NCBI GenBank assembly: GCA_904063045.1
Contig: CAJFCJ010000003.1
Location: forward strand, 2,590,504 to 2,654,503
Direction of reading: 5' to 3'
DNA length: 64,000 nt
Source: Dimorphilus gyrociliatus
Lineage: Eukaryota; Animalia; Annelida
Of the stretch, positions 26,012 to 55,795 are shown piece after piece (positions within the stretch are counted from its first letter, which is position 1; each line of letters begins with the position of its first letter). The notes below the pieces were generated by a model. That model was not told the DNA's origin. It saw only the letters and a list, made by a program, of their open reading frames with translations, and made no database searches. Both the position numbers and the translations under genes were made by a program.

Positions 26012-28967
26012 ATGTCGGCTGACGAAGATACCGAATTACGCGACTTAGTTGCTCAAACGCTTGAAAACAACGGCACTTTGGGAAAGATCAGGGTTTGTAA
26101 ATTAAAAACTAAAGCTTAAAAATAAAATAATAAGACTAATTTTGCGCTTTGTATCGATTCAAATTTGAAAGTTTTGAGCGATAATATAATAACGAGTACG
26201 TGTGTAGACAGGTTATAATAAAAATATGTCAGCTTAACATTGCGAATTAAGTTGCATTTTTACAGGCCCATTTACGAGCAAGTGTCTTTCTGGCATTAGA
26301 GGAAGAAGATGCGAAAAAGGTATTTTGAATGACTAATCATAACGAATACGATTATTAATTAATAATTTCAAACAGCAACAGAATCCCTATATGAATAAGC
26401 AGCTGCAGGAATTTCTAAAAACGTCAGACGGTCAATTAACGGCATCTCTTGTTCGAGAATTTTTATCATTTTTCAATCTGGAATTTACATTATCAGTCTT
26501 TGAACCTGAAAGTGGCTGTGATCTACAAAATGAAGAAGGGTGCAAGCAATCTCGTTCAAATATGGCTAGAAATTTGAATATAGCAGAGAATGATAAATCT
26601 AAAAGTTTACCCCTTCTGTTTGAACTCGTGAAAAGAATTAAAAATCAGGATTTGAAGGGCAATACCGCACAGGTAAATTCTTGAGTGAATTCTATCTCCT
26701 CTGCCTGATCTATTATTCTTTTTTTATGTTTTATTTGTTTTATATTATTTTTAAAAACGTTTTAAGTTACTAAGATATAATTAGTTAATTACTTAGAGAA
26801 GAAAACCTTTGTTTAGTCTCTGATTTTTTGTTTTTCGTCAAGCTAAGCTTAATGATTTTTAATTGATTAAAGAAAAAAACAAAATTTTTAATTAAAAGGA
26901 ATTAAGCCCACAACAAATTGAAGATGCTAGAGAAAAATTTGAAAAGTACGATGTGGTACGATAATTTTTAATTGTTTTATTTTATACATCTTTTTTATTT
27001 GTGGTTTTTTATTATATAAAACAAAGGATAAAAATGGTACTATCGACAAGAATGAATTGAGAACACTATTCATAGACATGTTTCCATCTTTTCATCGGTT
27101 TGTTCATGCTTAAGAGAAACAAATAGAAGTTTTTTTCTTTTTTCTTTTATAAAGGAAAAGAGAATTATCATTAAATTTTTTTTTCGCTTTATTTTTCAAA
27201 ACTATTAAACATAAGTTAAACAAAAATCTCTGCAGAAACATGCTTGAACGTTATGTGAATGATGAATTTCGAGCTGTCGACAAAGATTTTAGCATGAGTA
27301 AGATTTATAGCAAAGGAATAGCTCACTATGAAATATTACATTTCCTTCTTGTTGATACTTGCTCAATAAGTAGTATTCAATAAAAGGGAAAGTGATTTTT
27401 TTATGGTGTACTATCCGCTATATAAAAGAATATTGAATAATTAAATATAAATATATTTGTAACAGCTATAGATTTTAATGAATTCATGGAGATGTACAAA
27501 AGGCTCTTCATTCTTTGCAAAAGCGTTATTTCAAACGACGTTAGTGACTTGACATCACCGCGCTCGCGATCAATATCTCCTTCAAAAATACCTAAAAAGG
27601 TCTTTCTGTACTAGAGCCTATTGAATTCTTTTTCTAAACTACTTTTTGTCTCATTAAACTTAACATTTTTAGTTTTTTTCATGAACAAAACAAGACATAA
27701 TTTACTTACATTTTCAACAAACCTGCTTTCATTCGTATCTTTTTAAAGCTCATTTTTTTGAAGTGATTCGCCGAAGCTCTAATAAGAATAATACCATAAT
27801 AAAATGCAACACTGATAAACCATTTTTTCTTTTTATGCCTTCTCTCAGCAGGTAGAAAATTTAAGTGAGAAGAAACAAGATAACGATGACTTTCTCGACG
27901 CTGTTCCGTTTCCTAATCAAAAGACTAATGCTCAAGCTCTGTAAGTAATATAAGAAATATATTCTTTACTCTTGTCTGAACTCTCTTTTTCTCAACTTTT
28001 TTATATATAATATAAGCAGTAAGAGTAGCAAAATTCCAAAAAAGACGAATAATAGTAGGTAGGTTGTTTCAACGGTTTTAGGGGCCATAGATTTATGCTA
28101 ACTAGAATTTTTTGCTTTGTGTTGAAGATTACCGCAAAAAATTTAAAAAAATCAATAAAACATTAAAAAATAAACAACAATTCTGTCCCTAAATTTCATT
28201 TGCATTTTTAACAAATTGCAATTTTTAGCACGCTTTTTTTGCAGAAAAAATTCTTTAGATGATAGCGTTAAGGAATCGAAAGGCGGTCTTGCCAGTTTAT
28301 CAGGATTACCCTCTTTAGGTGATTTAGCTTAATGATAGATTTGTTAGATCGTAGTTTTTTTTTTATCACGAAATCAGATAGCTCAATGAATGGAGGAAAA
28401 TCTGAATCGTCTACTCCCAAACTCAAGGATATAGATAAAAAATTTAGTGATTTAGGTATAGGTAAGCAAATTGAATTAACTATATATATGTATATACTAT
28501 TTTACTGCACATGTAGTCACTCATTCTCTATTAAATTTTTCGTTAGACGTTCCTAATGATTACGAAGAGGATTTTGATGAAGATTTTGACGATGATCGTG
28601 GAGATTTTCATACAGAGTAAGTAAATCAATATCTAGATTTTCATCAAGGTAACTTTAATTAAAAAAAAATTCTTTTCAATTTCTTCAGTCGATCAAAAAA
28701 GACGCCTAGATCAGGCAGATCTGAGAAACAAGTAAAGAGTGTCTCTGAAGTAGACGAGGAGATAATAGAAGAAGATATCGATGATTTTGATGATGACGCT
28801 AATGACATTTTGAATGATGATAACTCGGAGGTAAGAATATAATTATTAGATTAAGCTTTTATATATCTTATTAAAATATCCTCTATAATTACAATCAGAC
28901 TGATGACAGGACAATTTCAATGGCAGAGATTAGCAAAACTGTTGATTATTTGGAAGATGTCAAATAA
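26012..28967 (+). CDS. CEP43: FGFR1 oncogene partner / centrosomal protein 43, with an internal EF-hand pair
   Basis: MSADEDTELRDLVAQTLENNG...LRASVFLALEE, LisH-like LVREFLSFFNLEFTLSVFEPE, acidic tail and C-terminal VDYLEDVK*. About 14 short exons joined by GT-AG introns. Confidence 0.9.
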
Positions 28968-29416
28968 TAATTGAATTTTTTATTTCTATTTTTAATTATT
29001 TAAATATCTATTGTACGAATATTGTAATAATTTTAAAATATCCCGGTAGGAGTTACAATAAGTTAATTAAGTTTTTTTTGTGTCTTGTTATTTAAAGATT
29101 TCTATTAATAAAACAATTATTAATTTTCCAAAGCTGTTCTATTGACGAAATATAACTTTAGGCAAATATTGTTGCCAAGAGAGGTAAGGGAAGAGGGAGG
29201 GGCAGGGGAAGATTGGATAAGCTCCTGTCTGGTAATTCTTGGAAGATGGCCAATTTTGCTTGTAAAAGAAAACGTTACTTATCACATGTGTTTGCCTTAA
29301 GGTTATATAATTGTATTATAAAATAAATAGGATTATTGGATTAATATTCGCAATTTTAAGAAATGATATCAAAAATGATTTTCTTGAGAAATATTTTTTT
29401 TACGGTCGTAAATGCA

Positions 29417-31152
29417 TTAGATTGTTTTATTGGTAAATAATAATACAGATTGGTGAACTATTGTTTCAGCCGCAGTAATACTTATATAACAAGGAGGAAC
29501 GAAAGTTAGCGAACCAATAATTTGTTTCACGCCGGTATATGTAACAGCAACAGCAGATAGGGTACCACAAATTATTAATTCAATAGATAAGACTTTGTGA
29601 TGTAACGGTACAGGATCCCTAGTGAAATAAATCATTGAATAGTGATTTAGGTTTTAACCTGAATTATAAACGTACTCTTTAGGCCAGTCACCTTCCATCG
29701 AACAAATCTTGATATAAAACAGGCAGGGAGCTATGAAGGTTAAAAACGTTCCACAGGCCGCAACTAGTGAGAGAAGACTAGAAAAGTTAGGTATGCTTTC
29801 AGCTATAAAAATAATGATTATCATCAATGTAGTCCTAGCGACGCAGCGTTTCCATCCAAATTCTAATATCAATGAAAGAGAATAACGTCTAATTTAATCA
29901 ATTAAAATTAGATACCATTTAATTTTTCTTACCAGCCGAAATACAAAAAAGCTTCTCAATACTCTGAAACAGTGGATTAGTATTCGAAATAAGAGCAAAC
30001 ACGAGATGGATTGTAATGAGAATTTCTGCGATATATCTAAACCAATTAATAGCTATATTCTGTAAAACGTTGACTTGTAATTTACTCCCAACACTTAAAT
30101 ATCCTAGGCACGAGACTGTCATGTACATGGCTAAAATGGCTAAAATAATTCCCCTTTTTACAATTAGTTTATCCCTTTGGCAAAAATAGACCTACTTGTA
30201 TAAGATACCCAGGCCGATAAATGGAATTTTTCCGGTCTCTTCATATCTTGTTGAATTGTGGGAAAAGTTACCGTACCAGAGAATGAGTACATCATAACAC
30301 CAAAAGAAAATATTAATTTAGAAGGATTTGGCGGTTTATATACTGTCTCTGACTTCTTCGTGTAAATTTGCGCTATGAAAGCACAATTCATTATCAAGCA
30401 TGCCAAAAATATTGTTGAAGCCGAAATAATGCCAAATATTCTGTATATAACATATTGAAAACTAATAAAATATGAACAGTAAAAACAATTAACTTGAAAT
30501 TTTTCGGTGATCCCAGCCAGCAAGCTGGTATTAGTGAAGTTCCAAGGATAAGTATCCAGTAGCAGAAGGATATCCTTAAATTAAACCAGTGCTGCAGAAG
30601 AGATTGTAAATTTTGACTTGACATTAAGACAAAAACAACTGCAACCCCAAAAAGGAATATATTGCCCATTAGTGATACTAAAATTCTGTAATAATTTTTA
30701 CAATATTGGTAAATATGGCCTATACTTTTTAAGAAGGATGTAGTATACGGACCCCATTTTTGAACCAAAAGCAGCTTTAGCTATTGCAGCATAAGGATCT
30801 TGAACATAACCGTCCATATGGCGATATCTTCGTCTGACAATTGTCCAGCATTGCCCTAAACGAATACCGTTATAACCAGATGCGAATGCAGCTACTATCA
30901 TCAAAAATAGGCCTATACAACCAGCATAATCTATAGCCTTAGGGAGGACTAATATACCACTTCCAGCAACATTTCCGATCATAAAAAATGCTGTTTGGAA
31001 AATGTTGAGTCCTTGTTGAACTTGTGGAATCTTTAAGAATAATAGAAGTTTTATTAGATTTTAAAGACAAAACGAGTATCGTCAACCTCTTTGCTCTCTT
31101 GGTCTTCATTTTTATTTTTCTCCGTAGAGAGTGGTGTGCTTTCAGTGAACAT
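29417..31152 (-). CDS. AAAP/Aa_trans family amino-acid transporter (AVT1/VIAAT-like)
   Basis: Spliced ORFs give GLNIFQTAFFMIGNVAGSGILVLP, DPYAAIAKAAFG, FGVMMYSFSGTVTFPTIQQDM and IAESIPNFSSLLSLVAA. The start at 31152 is inferred. Confidence 0.88.
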
Positions 31153-32119
31153 TGTGGAACTAGTGGTAGCAGATTCTTCGCCAAAGATTTTAAAGTTTAC
31201 TATTGAATGGAACCTTTGTCATTCAAAATGTTCATAGAACTGGTATTGAAAAGAGAATCATAGTGAACAAAATTTTTGATATCTTCATTTAATTCATTCA
31301 AGGTTGCTTATAAATGAATATTATTCTATATTGTTCTATTTATAGAACTATATTAAACGAATTAAAGAAATATGTAAATTTGTCTAAAAAATATTTTCAA
31401 ATAATCAAAGAAGAATACTACTAAGAATCCCTATTTGGAAGCTATGAATTCGTTTATTAATAAATGAGAGGAATATAGTAAAAGTCTAAATTTTTCTTTT
31501 AAAAAAGAATCTACGCAATTACCGCTTTAAGAAAGAAAAGGAAAAACTAATGAACGTAGACGTTGTCATTTAAAAAGCAACTCTCAGTTCGTATATAATA
31601 TAGACAAAATAATTATTAACTTAAATATAAAGTGTAGTAGAAAAATACGAAAGAGAATTAGATATTAAGGGAAATACGTGTAAAGAAAACAGAAATATAA
31701 AACTTCGAAAACTATAGGCCTACATTTTGTTTATAATTGAAAAAATTCTTAATAAGTAATATAGGAACGTGATTAAAATGTCACAGGTTTATGTAAATAA
31801 CTTGGGACTGCTGGAATAATTTGTTTCGTGACTATTTACATTTGGTTGACTTTGGCAGTGAAAAAAAAAAAAAAAGAAGGCAAACTATACATCAGAAAAG
31901 CAATAGAAGAGAATTTATAAAATTTTGGGTAAAAGTCGTATTAAGAACATTATGTAATCATTATTTGAATAAATTTCCTAAATAACTATATATTCATTTA
32001 TATATTAAATATCAAATATATCAAATATGTATACAGTATATGTATAAATGAATGAAATGTATATTTTTGAAAAATACTGTATGTATATAGTGTACACATA
32101 TTATACACATATAATATAC

Positions 32120-32123
<4 letters not shown>

Positions 32124-32164
<41 letters not shown>
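32124..32164. repeat. (AT)n microsatellite
   Basis: About 20 uninterrupted AT units. Confidence 0.95.
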
Positions 32165-32166
<2 letters not shown>

Positions 32167-32377
32167 CTTATATTTTGCGTAAAATCGCGAGATGGCGCGC
32201 ACAACAGAGTTAAAAAAAAGAGAACAAAATAAAAAAAAAAACAGAAAGAAAATGTAAAGACAGTGATTGCAAGATTTTTTTTTATCAATTCAGAACATTT
32301 TCCAGAGAATTGTTTTTTTTTTTTTGAGTGTGTTTTCCTTTTTTTTCCAAAAACAATCTTTCTCATTTGAAAAACAT

Positions 32378-48530
<16,153 letters not shown>

Positions 48531-49390
48531 ACCCTTCAAGCGGCTGTAATAAAAAAAGCTTATAGTCTAACGACTGTTTACACAAAATCTTCTATTCGAA
48601 TCGTGTTTGTATCGGCACGTTCTACAAGTCGGACAATTCGCACGGATTTTATATGTTTATTCTTTGTATACCTCTCTTCCCCCATTTTCCTTTCTCTCAA
48701 TTCCTTTCTGGTCTGTGTAATTCTTTTAGTCCTTAATTTATCACACTCTTCCTATCCTCTTAAAAAGCCCTTCCCTCCGCCTTTCACTTCTTACCCTCTT
48801 TTCCTTTTTAAACAGAGTTGGTCTAGGCCGAGACGCCCGAGTCGTTAACGCTAATCAAGTAAAAGCATTGCGTATTGAAAGGACGTCGTGAATGATTTAG
48901 TGTTTGAGAAACAATGAGAACGATTAGTAAAAAATGTCTAGTCTCGTTAAATTACCATCTTTGTTTTATTTTTTTTTTAAAACATACAATTAACTAAAAG
49001 AAAGGAAGAATGAATAAATTTTACATCTATTAAGAAAGAAAACATAAAAAAAGCCTATACCTAACACCCCCGGGGTTGTTAATTATGGAAATGCGGTTAC
49101 ATTCTATCTACAATAAGAAATGTTCTTTTCAATAAAATAAAAATACTTTCTGCAATTTCCGGTTACGAAGAAATAACGTATTAATTTTTATTCTATATAA
49201 TTTAATTGTTGTGTCTAAGCGAGCGTAAAAAAGCTTAGAGTACTAAATAGAATATGGCTCGGCATCTCAATAATCAAATAATATTTCAGTCCGTTAAACT
49301 CATTCACAATTAGTTTGATCTCTTAAGTTGTATCCTCATTGCTCTTATTGATACATATATATATATATAATGTAATATTCCTCAATTTGG

Positions 49391-49393
<3 letters not shown>

Positions 49394-49442
<49 letters not shown>
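49394..49442. repeat. (AT)n microsatellite
   Basis: About 24 AT units. Confidence 0.95.
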
Positions 49443-49446
<4 letters not shown>

Positions 49447-50034
49447 CTGTATAGAAAGTATACTAAATATGCATAGTCTATGCAACTGCAACGAGTAATA
49501 TAAACTAATCTTACATCTTGTTCAGAGTAGAGTGATAAGATTGGACGTATGCTTTTTATTATAATAAAATGATAGCAGAAGAAGGGTAAAGAAAAAAAAA
49601 ATATACTTCTTTTAGCATTATTAGATAGAGGGTTATAAAAACCTACTAATTTTAAGATACGGTCGAATAAATTAAGTTCGTCAGTTAATTCATCTTCGTA
49701 ATATGTCAAACTACCCTTTTGGCTTTACTAATTAGTTAACTCGTAATTACTATCATTTCATTCAATTATTTTTTATCATAATGAATGATTTTAACTGAAA
49801 ATTACTTGTTAAAAACATAGATACATATATATATATATACAAGATGAAGGGAAATATGACATAAGAGTTTTTTTTTCTATATATATTTATTTTAATTGAA
49901 AACAAAGAAATTTGAATTTATTTCGTGTGTGGTACTTAAATAATAGAAGAGGATGCTGGAAGAACTGAATATTATAGGGGTGGCGGACAAAAAACAAGAA
50001 AAATTTTGTTTTATATGTATATATACATATGCAG

Positions 50035-50065
<31 letters not shown>

Positions 50066-50224
50066 AGGTATGTGTTAAAATCCTTAATACTCTCTTTTGG
50101 ACATTTAAAGATTTTACTTTAAAAATAAGAAGATTAAATAAAGAGCTAGACAGTTATTAATATTTTTTTTTATTTAAATAGATCAAAGATAGTAAAGAGA
50201 CTAGAGAAAAAGAAAATTGCTTAC

Positions 50225-50510
50225 CTGTAGTGCAACAGCCTTCATGAGCCGCTCTCGGCTGTCTAACTGCAAAAAATAATTCCCGGTCTAATGGTAGTCC
50301 TTTTTCGTATTCTCTGCTCGCTTTGGCGCCAAATTTAACCAATCAGCGTAGGGCGACCAGACGATTGGTCGTTAATAAACAGTCCTTCTTTGACGAAATA
50401 AGAGAGGAGGTTAGTGAGTGATGAAAACCAGTTTGTTTGCTTTCAAGGCAGTACAAAGTCGACTAGGGTCGTTTCTTTTCTTGTAATCGTTTGTAAGAAA
50501 AAAGATGGCG
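50225..50510 (-). promoter_or_regulatory. Probable first (non-coding) exon and promoter of the hnRNP C-like gene
   Basis: GC-richer island with donor CAG|GTAAGC after 50225, inverted CCAAT boxes at ~50339 and ~50364, and YY1-type AAGATGGCG at 50502-50510. Confidence 0.5.
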
Positions 50511-50855
50511 CTGACATTACATAACACAACAGATGTCGTTCTGTTTATGACCAGAATAAAGATCTTCAAAATGAAATTAACTAACGGTAGGAAATGATGA
50601 CATGATAAATATTTAATTTAATTAGGTTAATTTGTTTAGTAGGTCAATGTATTCAAGTTAAAATCTGTTAATATTTTAAATGCTCATAATACTTAATATG
50701 AAACATTGAAAGTAATTTTCCTTTTCAATCGTTATTTTTCACTGGCTGAAAGATTTGCAAAATAGTCTCAAAACGCTTCTTTTATGCTATTTTCTCAGGA
50801 GATGTATGAAAAAAAAGCAAGCAACATAAATATGATTTTCATCTAGATCGATAGG

Positions 50856-52791
50856 TCAATTGGGGGATACTGGTCTGCCAGATAAAACAGAAATAGGTCT
50901 ACTGGAAGTTATTGGCGAATGATCAACGTTTAATTCTAGAAACGGACGCGGCTCCCTTAGGTCGATAACATCTTTAGTACTGGGAAGTTTTATAAGTTTT
51001 TCGCTGATTATCCTTTCCATCTGTAATTTTGACGATGATCTATTTAGCATAAGTTTCCTTCTTTTCAGACCATCTATTTTCGTTTGTAGGCAATATCTAA
51101 CTGAATCAAGTAGTTGGAACGTCGGCGATTTATTTCTAAGGTGGTAACGGTCTGGGCGGGCTGAAAGAACTCTGTCTCCTTTACGGGCTGTAGGTAAATT
51201 ATTTTTATAAAAGAGACGTTGACTTTCTGTTATTTCTGGTAGAGATATTGCGCAAGTTTGTTGAGTGTAAATTTGACGGTAGCCAGATTCCTTAGGCGTT
51301 TCACCAAGCGACAGATGGCGCCTTGTAGTTGTTGGTCGGCTTGGGTGAAAAAGAACTTTTTGCTTGGCAACTTGATCCAATTGTATGCTAAAAACAAGGA
51401 GAAATATTAAACATTGTTACAACAATAGCAATATACAATATCTTATAGATTCTCAGTTTTTTTAATCAAATATATGTAGCCCTAACACAATACGAATTAT
51501 CAATTGTTAAGCTTGTCGAGATGTGAAAAATATTGAATAAACGAATGAAATGATATATAAATCATTAAATGAAGTAATAATGAAAGAAGAGAAGGAAAGA
51601 AAACTAAATGAATGGAAGGGGGGAAAAAACGTAAAATATGTATATTAAAAAACCACTTATAAGGAGTTTGATATTAACTTGAAAGAGAGGTCGTTAACAT
51701 AAATTTGGACAAAGATCGAATTTCAGTATAAAAAACTATTTAAGCCTAGAAGAGAAGGATAAGAAAAAATAAGAATATGACTAAAAACTATAAAAAAAGG
51801 ACATTGATTTGTAGATTGATTTTACTTGTTGATAAATGAAAGAGGTTTTTATCAAAAAAAACTTTATATATATATATATATATATTAGTATATATATATA
51901 TATTAGTATATATATATATATATATATATATACACTTATAGATATATATTTATACAATATAAGTGTAAAATACATATTCATACAAGTATAAAGATATTCA
52001 TAAATCTATAGAGTATATTGATGTTTTACTTATTGAAAGTAGAAGAGAAATTATGATTTATTTTTTCAATATTTACACCTTAAAAGAGGTTCTTAGTGAA
52101 CTTAGATATAAACATAAAAGATTAAATATTTGAGATTTGGGAGTGCAATACATATAATCACAATTATTCTATTAATATTTTCTTAAGATTATTTCGATAA
52201 AGCAGGGAAAAAGAAAAGAACACTATGATAATTGTGAAATAATAGAAGAAAAACAACTGTAGACTCTTCTTATTTAATTAAAGGAGTATAAATAAGATTT
52301 TTTTCACCACTTATATTCCTCTCCTCTCCAATCGAGATTAGCATTATAAGAATATATCCAATTATTATTGATTTATCGATGAATAAAATTCGTACGAGCA
52401 AAGAACATTCATCAAGAAATATAGAGACTGAATCAAAAAATATTCTTAGACTTTTATGATATAATTCTATTTTATGTCTGTTAAAAAGTCATTTTCTAGT
52501 TGATATAGTTTTAGAAAATATTAAAGAATAGAAAGAGGATAATCTGGAAGAGAAAAATGCAGGATTATATGCTATTTTAAAGATATATACGAAAGTAAAG
52601 GTAATACATATATACGCAATATACATTACACCGTATATTCTATAATATAATAAAAGTTCTTCTTACCCTCGTTCTTCGTGCATCCTCCTAAATATTTCAG
52701 TTTCCTTTCTAGTCGGCCCCAATAGGGGAAATCTCAAATTATTTATCTCCTTTTTTTGATTGAACGCTCTCCAATTAGTCGGCATAATCAT
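50856..52791 (-). CDS. Uncharacterised basic protein (~218 aa, 2 coding exons)
   Basis: Exon 52791-52667 (MIMPTNWRAF...RMHEER, ends in phase 2 at GTAAGA) joins exon 51387-50856 (acceptor ttttag), which contains the 174-aa track ORF. Confidence 0.65.
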
Positions 52792-54664
52792 TTCTTCCGA
52801 AGAAATCTACACTAAATGTGAATTTTTTTTAATGACCTTTCCCACAAGTCTGTTATATATAAATATGTCCAATTAGGTCAAAAATAGTAGTAAAAACTTT
52901 TGAAATACAAGTTTGTATATGTGTGTAGGTTGGATATAAAAAATAATAGAGGATTGTAAATCTATAGTCTAGGAGGGATTAGTTAACTAGACTGATCTAT
53001 GCGCTTTTTTTTTCAGACCTAGTAGAGTAATTTGTATTGGTAGATTTAATAAAATAATCTTATTATTTGAACGTAAACAACACGTATTGTATCAACTGAA
53101 TGTTTTTTCTTCTTCTATTTTTTTTTACAGGCTTTTCTGACTTTCTTCTTTTTATAAACCACCCTTCTTTCTACACCTCCTCCCCCTTTTTTGTATATGC
53201 ATAACTCTTTCAGTCCCTATCTCTATTTTCTATTAATCTTCCATCAGTTTATTTTCTGTAATCTAACTTTGATTTTCTCTCTCCATATTTTTCACCCCTT
53301 TCCTTCATTTCTCTCTCTCTCTCTCTCTTGCTTTCTTTCTTTCTTTCTCTCTCACTCACTCACTCTTTGTATTTTAGTTATTTACCTTAGAACTTGAAAT
53401 GTGTTACATTATCGTACGATACTTTAATTGCATAAAAAAGAGAGCAGGCTAATTCTTTCCCCTCTTTCTCTCTACCTTTTCCTTCGCTTCTATCATATGA
53501 GAAGGGTAAAAGAAATTATATGTACAGGCAACGCACATAAATATTGCAAAACTTTTATTATAATAGACAGGAAATCGAAGGTAAATATTGAGCTGGTAAA
53601 TATTTTATTAAGTAAACCATCTCGACAATAGATGGGGTTAGTATGCTTTCTACTGCAAAAAGATATAATAATATTGCAGTTTAAAAAAAAATTTACGATA
53701 TCGAAAGTATTAATTAATTGAATAATGGAAGAATTGAAAAAGTAACAGTTGTAGGTTTTTTTCTTAAAGATAACTATACTGTATATTTGTATAGTAATAT
53801 TAAAATATTAAAATTTTACTTCTTCTACCTTAAAAGGGAATAGATATAAAAGAGATAGAAAGAGAGAATGGAAGAATAATAATTAAGAGTAAAAATTCCC
53901 TTAACATTTTCTTCTTGCTATCCTTTTATAATGTATAAAAAGAAAAGAATATACAATGAAGAAGCTAAAAAGGTATTAATTACATGGTATTATAGATTAT
54001 CTATATCATCATCCTTTAACATAGAAGGATATTGTAAGAGGCTGTATCAAAATGGAAATTTATCAGGTATGGTGATATATATTTTCATAATTTATTTCCT
54101 ATGAATTGATAGAAAGTAAGAGAAAAGGGAGAAATAGATAGATAGATTGAAGAAGACAGAGAGATAGAAAAGAAAAATGCAAGATTAAAATAAGAGTTAC
54201 AAGTGAAATTTATAATCTAATTACATTAACTAATTATTCGTTTTAGCATTTTACTCCATTTAATTAATTATATAAAAAAAGAAAGGTTTGAAAAATGGGT
54301 GTTAAATTATTTAAATCACGAATTACCATAATGAACACAAGATTATAGGCGATTACACATACATTAAGAATATATATATATACAGTATATATATATATAC
54401 ATATGTTTATATAGACAGTTTAATACCTGATCATGCAGTATATTCACTCCTAGTATTTTGTAGCTGTGCCTATGATCGGCTTATAAATTTTAAATAAAAT
54501 AAAACGGAGATCTCTCTTGAATTGAACATTTGAAAAACGTTGTTTAATCTATAAATAAAATTAGAGCTGATTAGCGAAAGGAATAAACATTCGAAAAAGA
54601 ATTTACTACTGAAATACAATAATCTTAATTTTAAGAATAAACGATAGATGTCGCTACAAATCGA

Positions 54665-55795
54665 TCAATTTTTTGTATTTAATAATTTGTTTCTTTTAAT
54701 TAACAGATTATTTGATAGTTGATCAACAAATTGTTCATTTAGATTAACTATTGTAAAGTTCCATATAACTTCCAGATCATTTCTTTTATTTTCACTTGAC
54801 AAGAGCAATACAAGAGGTTTTCTCCAAAAAAAGAATGAATTAAAACTCCTTTTGAACTTTTGAACTCCATTCCAGAAGAACGCAGGTGATATATTAATTA
54901 TTGATAAGTCTTTAATTTTGAGAGGTAAAAGACCAGTGAAGAATACATCCTCGATATAGAAATGTTTTGTAACTTTAGTTAACTCGTATAGGTCATGAAC
55001 CAAATCGCTTGTGTAAAAGTAGGCACCACCAATACAATATTCAGGATAATAATTATAACTACTGAAATCCTTTACACAGAATTTATTATTTGATTGTCTA
55101 TTAATCATAGCATCTTTAACTCTGGAGCACATTATAAATCGTCTAGATCTTTTATAATAATATTCCATTAGATAATATAAGTTAAATATATGCACAAAGG
55201 TATCGTCATCAGCTTTAATGATATACTTTAATGATTGTACTTTGCAATATTCCGATACAAATTGTAATAATAAGACTCCTTTTTCAGTTAAGCTATAATA
55301 AAAATCTTTGAAATTTCCTTGCAAAATATCACCAAATTTCCTATATTGAAAGAAAAAGAAAAAGAAATACAGTACAATAAATATAATATTTACCTACATT
55401 TGTTCGTTTTGCAAACGTGCTTGTATATCTTTTTTATCGTTCATGGTTCCAACAACAAATAATAATACAGATGGTAACTCTCTATATACGTTTCTCTGAG
55501 CCCAATTATTCCTTATAATATCTCTAGAGTTAAAATCATCACTCCTTACTAGTACGTATATTAAATATACAGGTTGATTTTGATTGCATAATTCACTATC
55601 ATAAATTTTATATTCTATTGGCCCTTTTCTTAAATTCTCATCCAATATTTCAACATCATCAATAACTCTTCCAGCGACTAATTTCAATAAGAGAGCAATG
55701 TTGGCATAAATGGCATATATAAGAATTATAACAATAACCAATGTAATTGATCTCCTTAAAGAAAATAATCTAGAGAATGATGAAATTTTTTTCAT
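54665..55795 (-). CDS. GT31 family beta-1,3-galactosyltransferase-like type II membrane glycosyltransferase
   Basis: Exons 55795-55398 and 55340-54665. N-terminal TM anchor, RDIIRNNW, FGDILQGNFKDFYYSLTEK, KADDDTFV, YPEYCIGGAY and EDVFFTG. Confidence 0.92.

Noticed and set aside
50505-50810. Plus-strand ATGGCG exon with a GT donor, as a divergent coding gene
   Set aside because: The best splice gives a stop after ~30 aa; more likely a YY1-type motif or non-coding divergent transcript.
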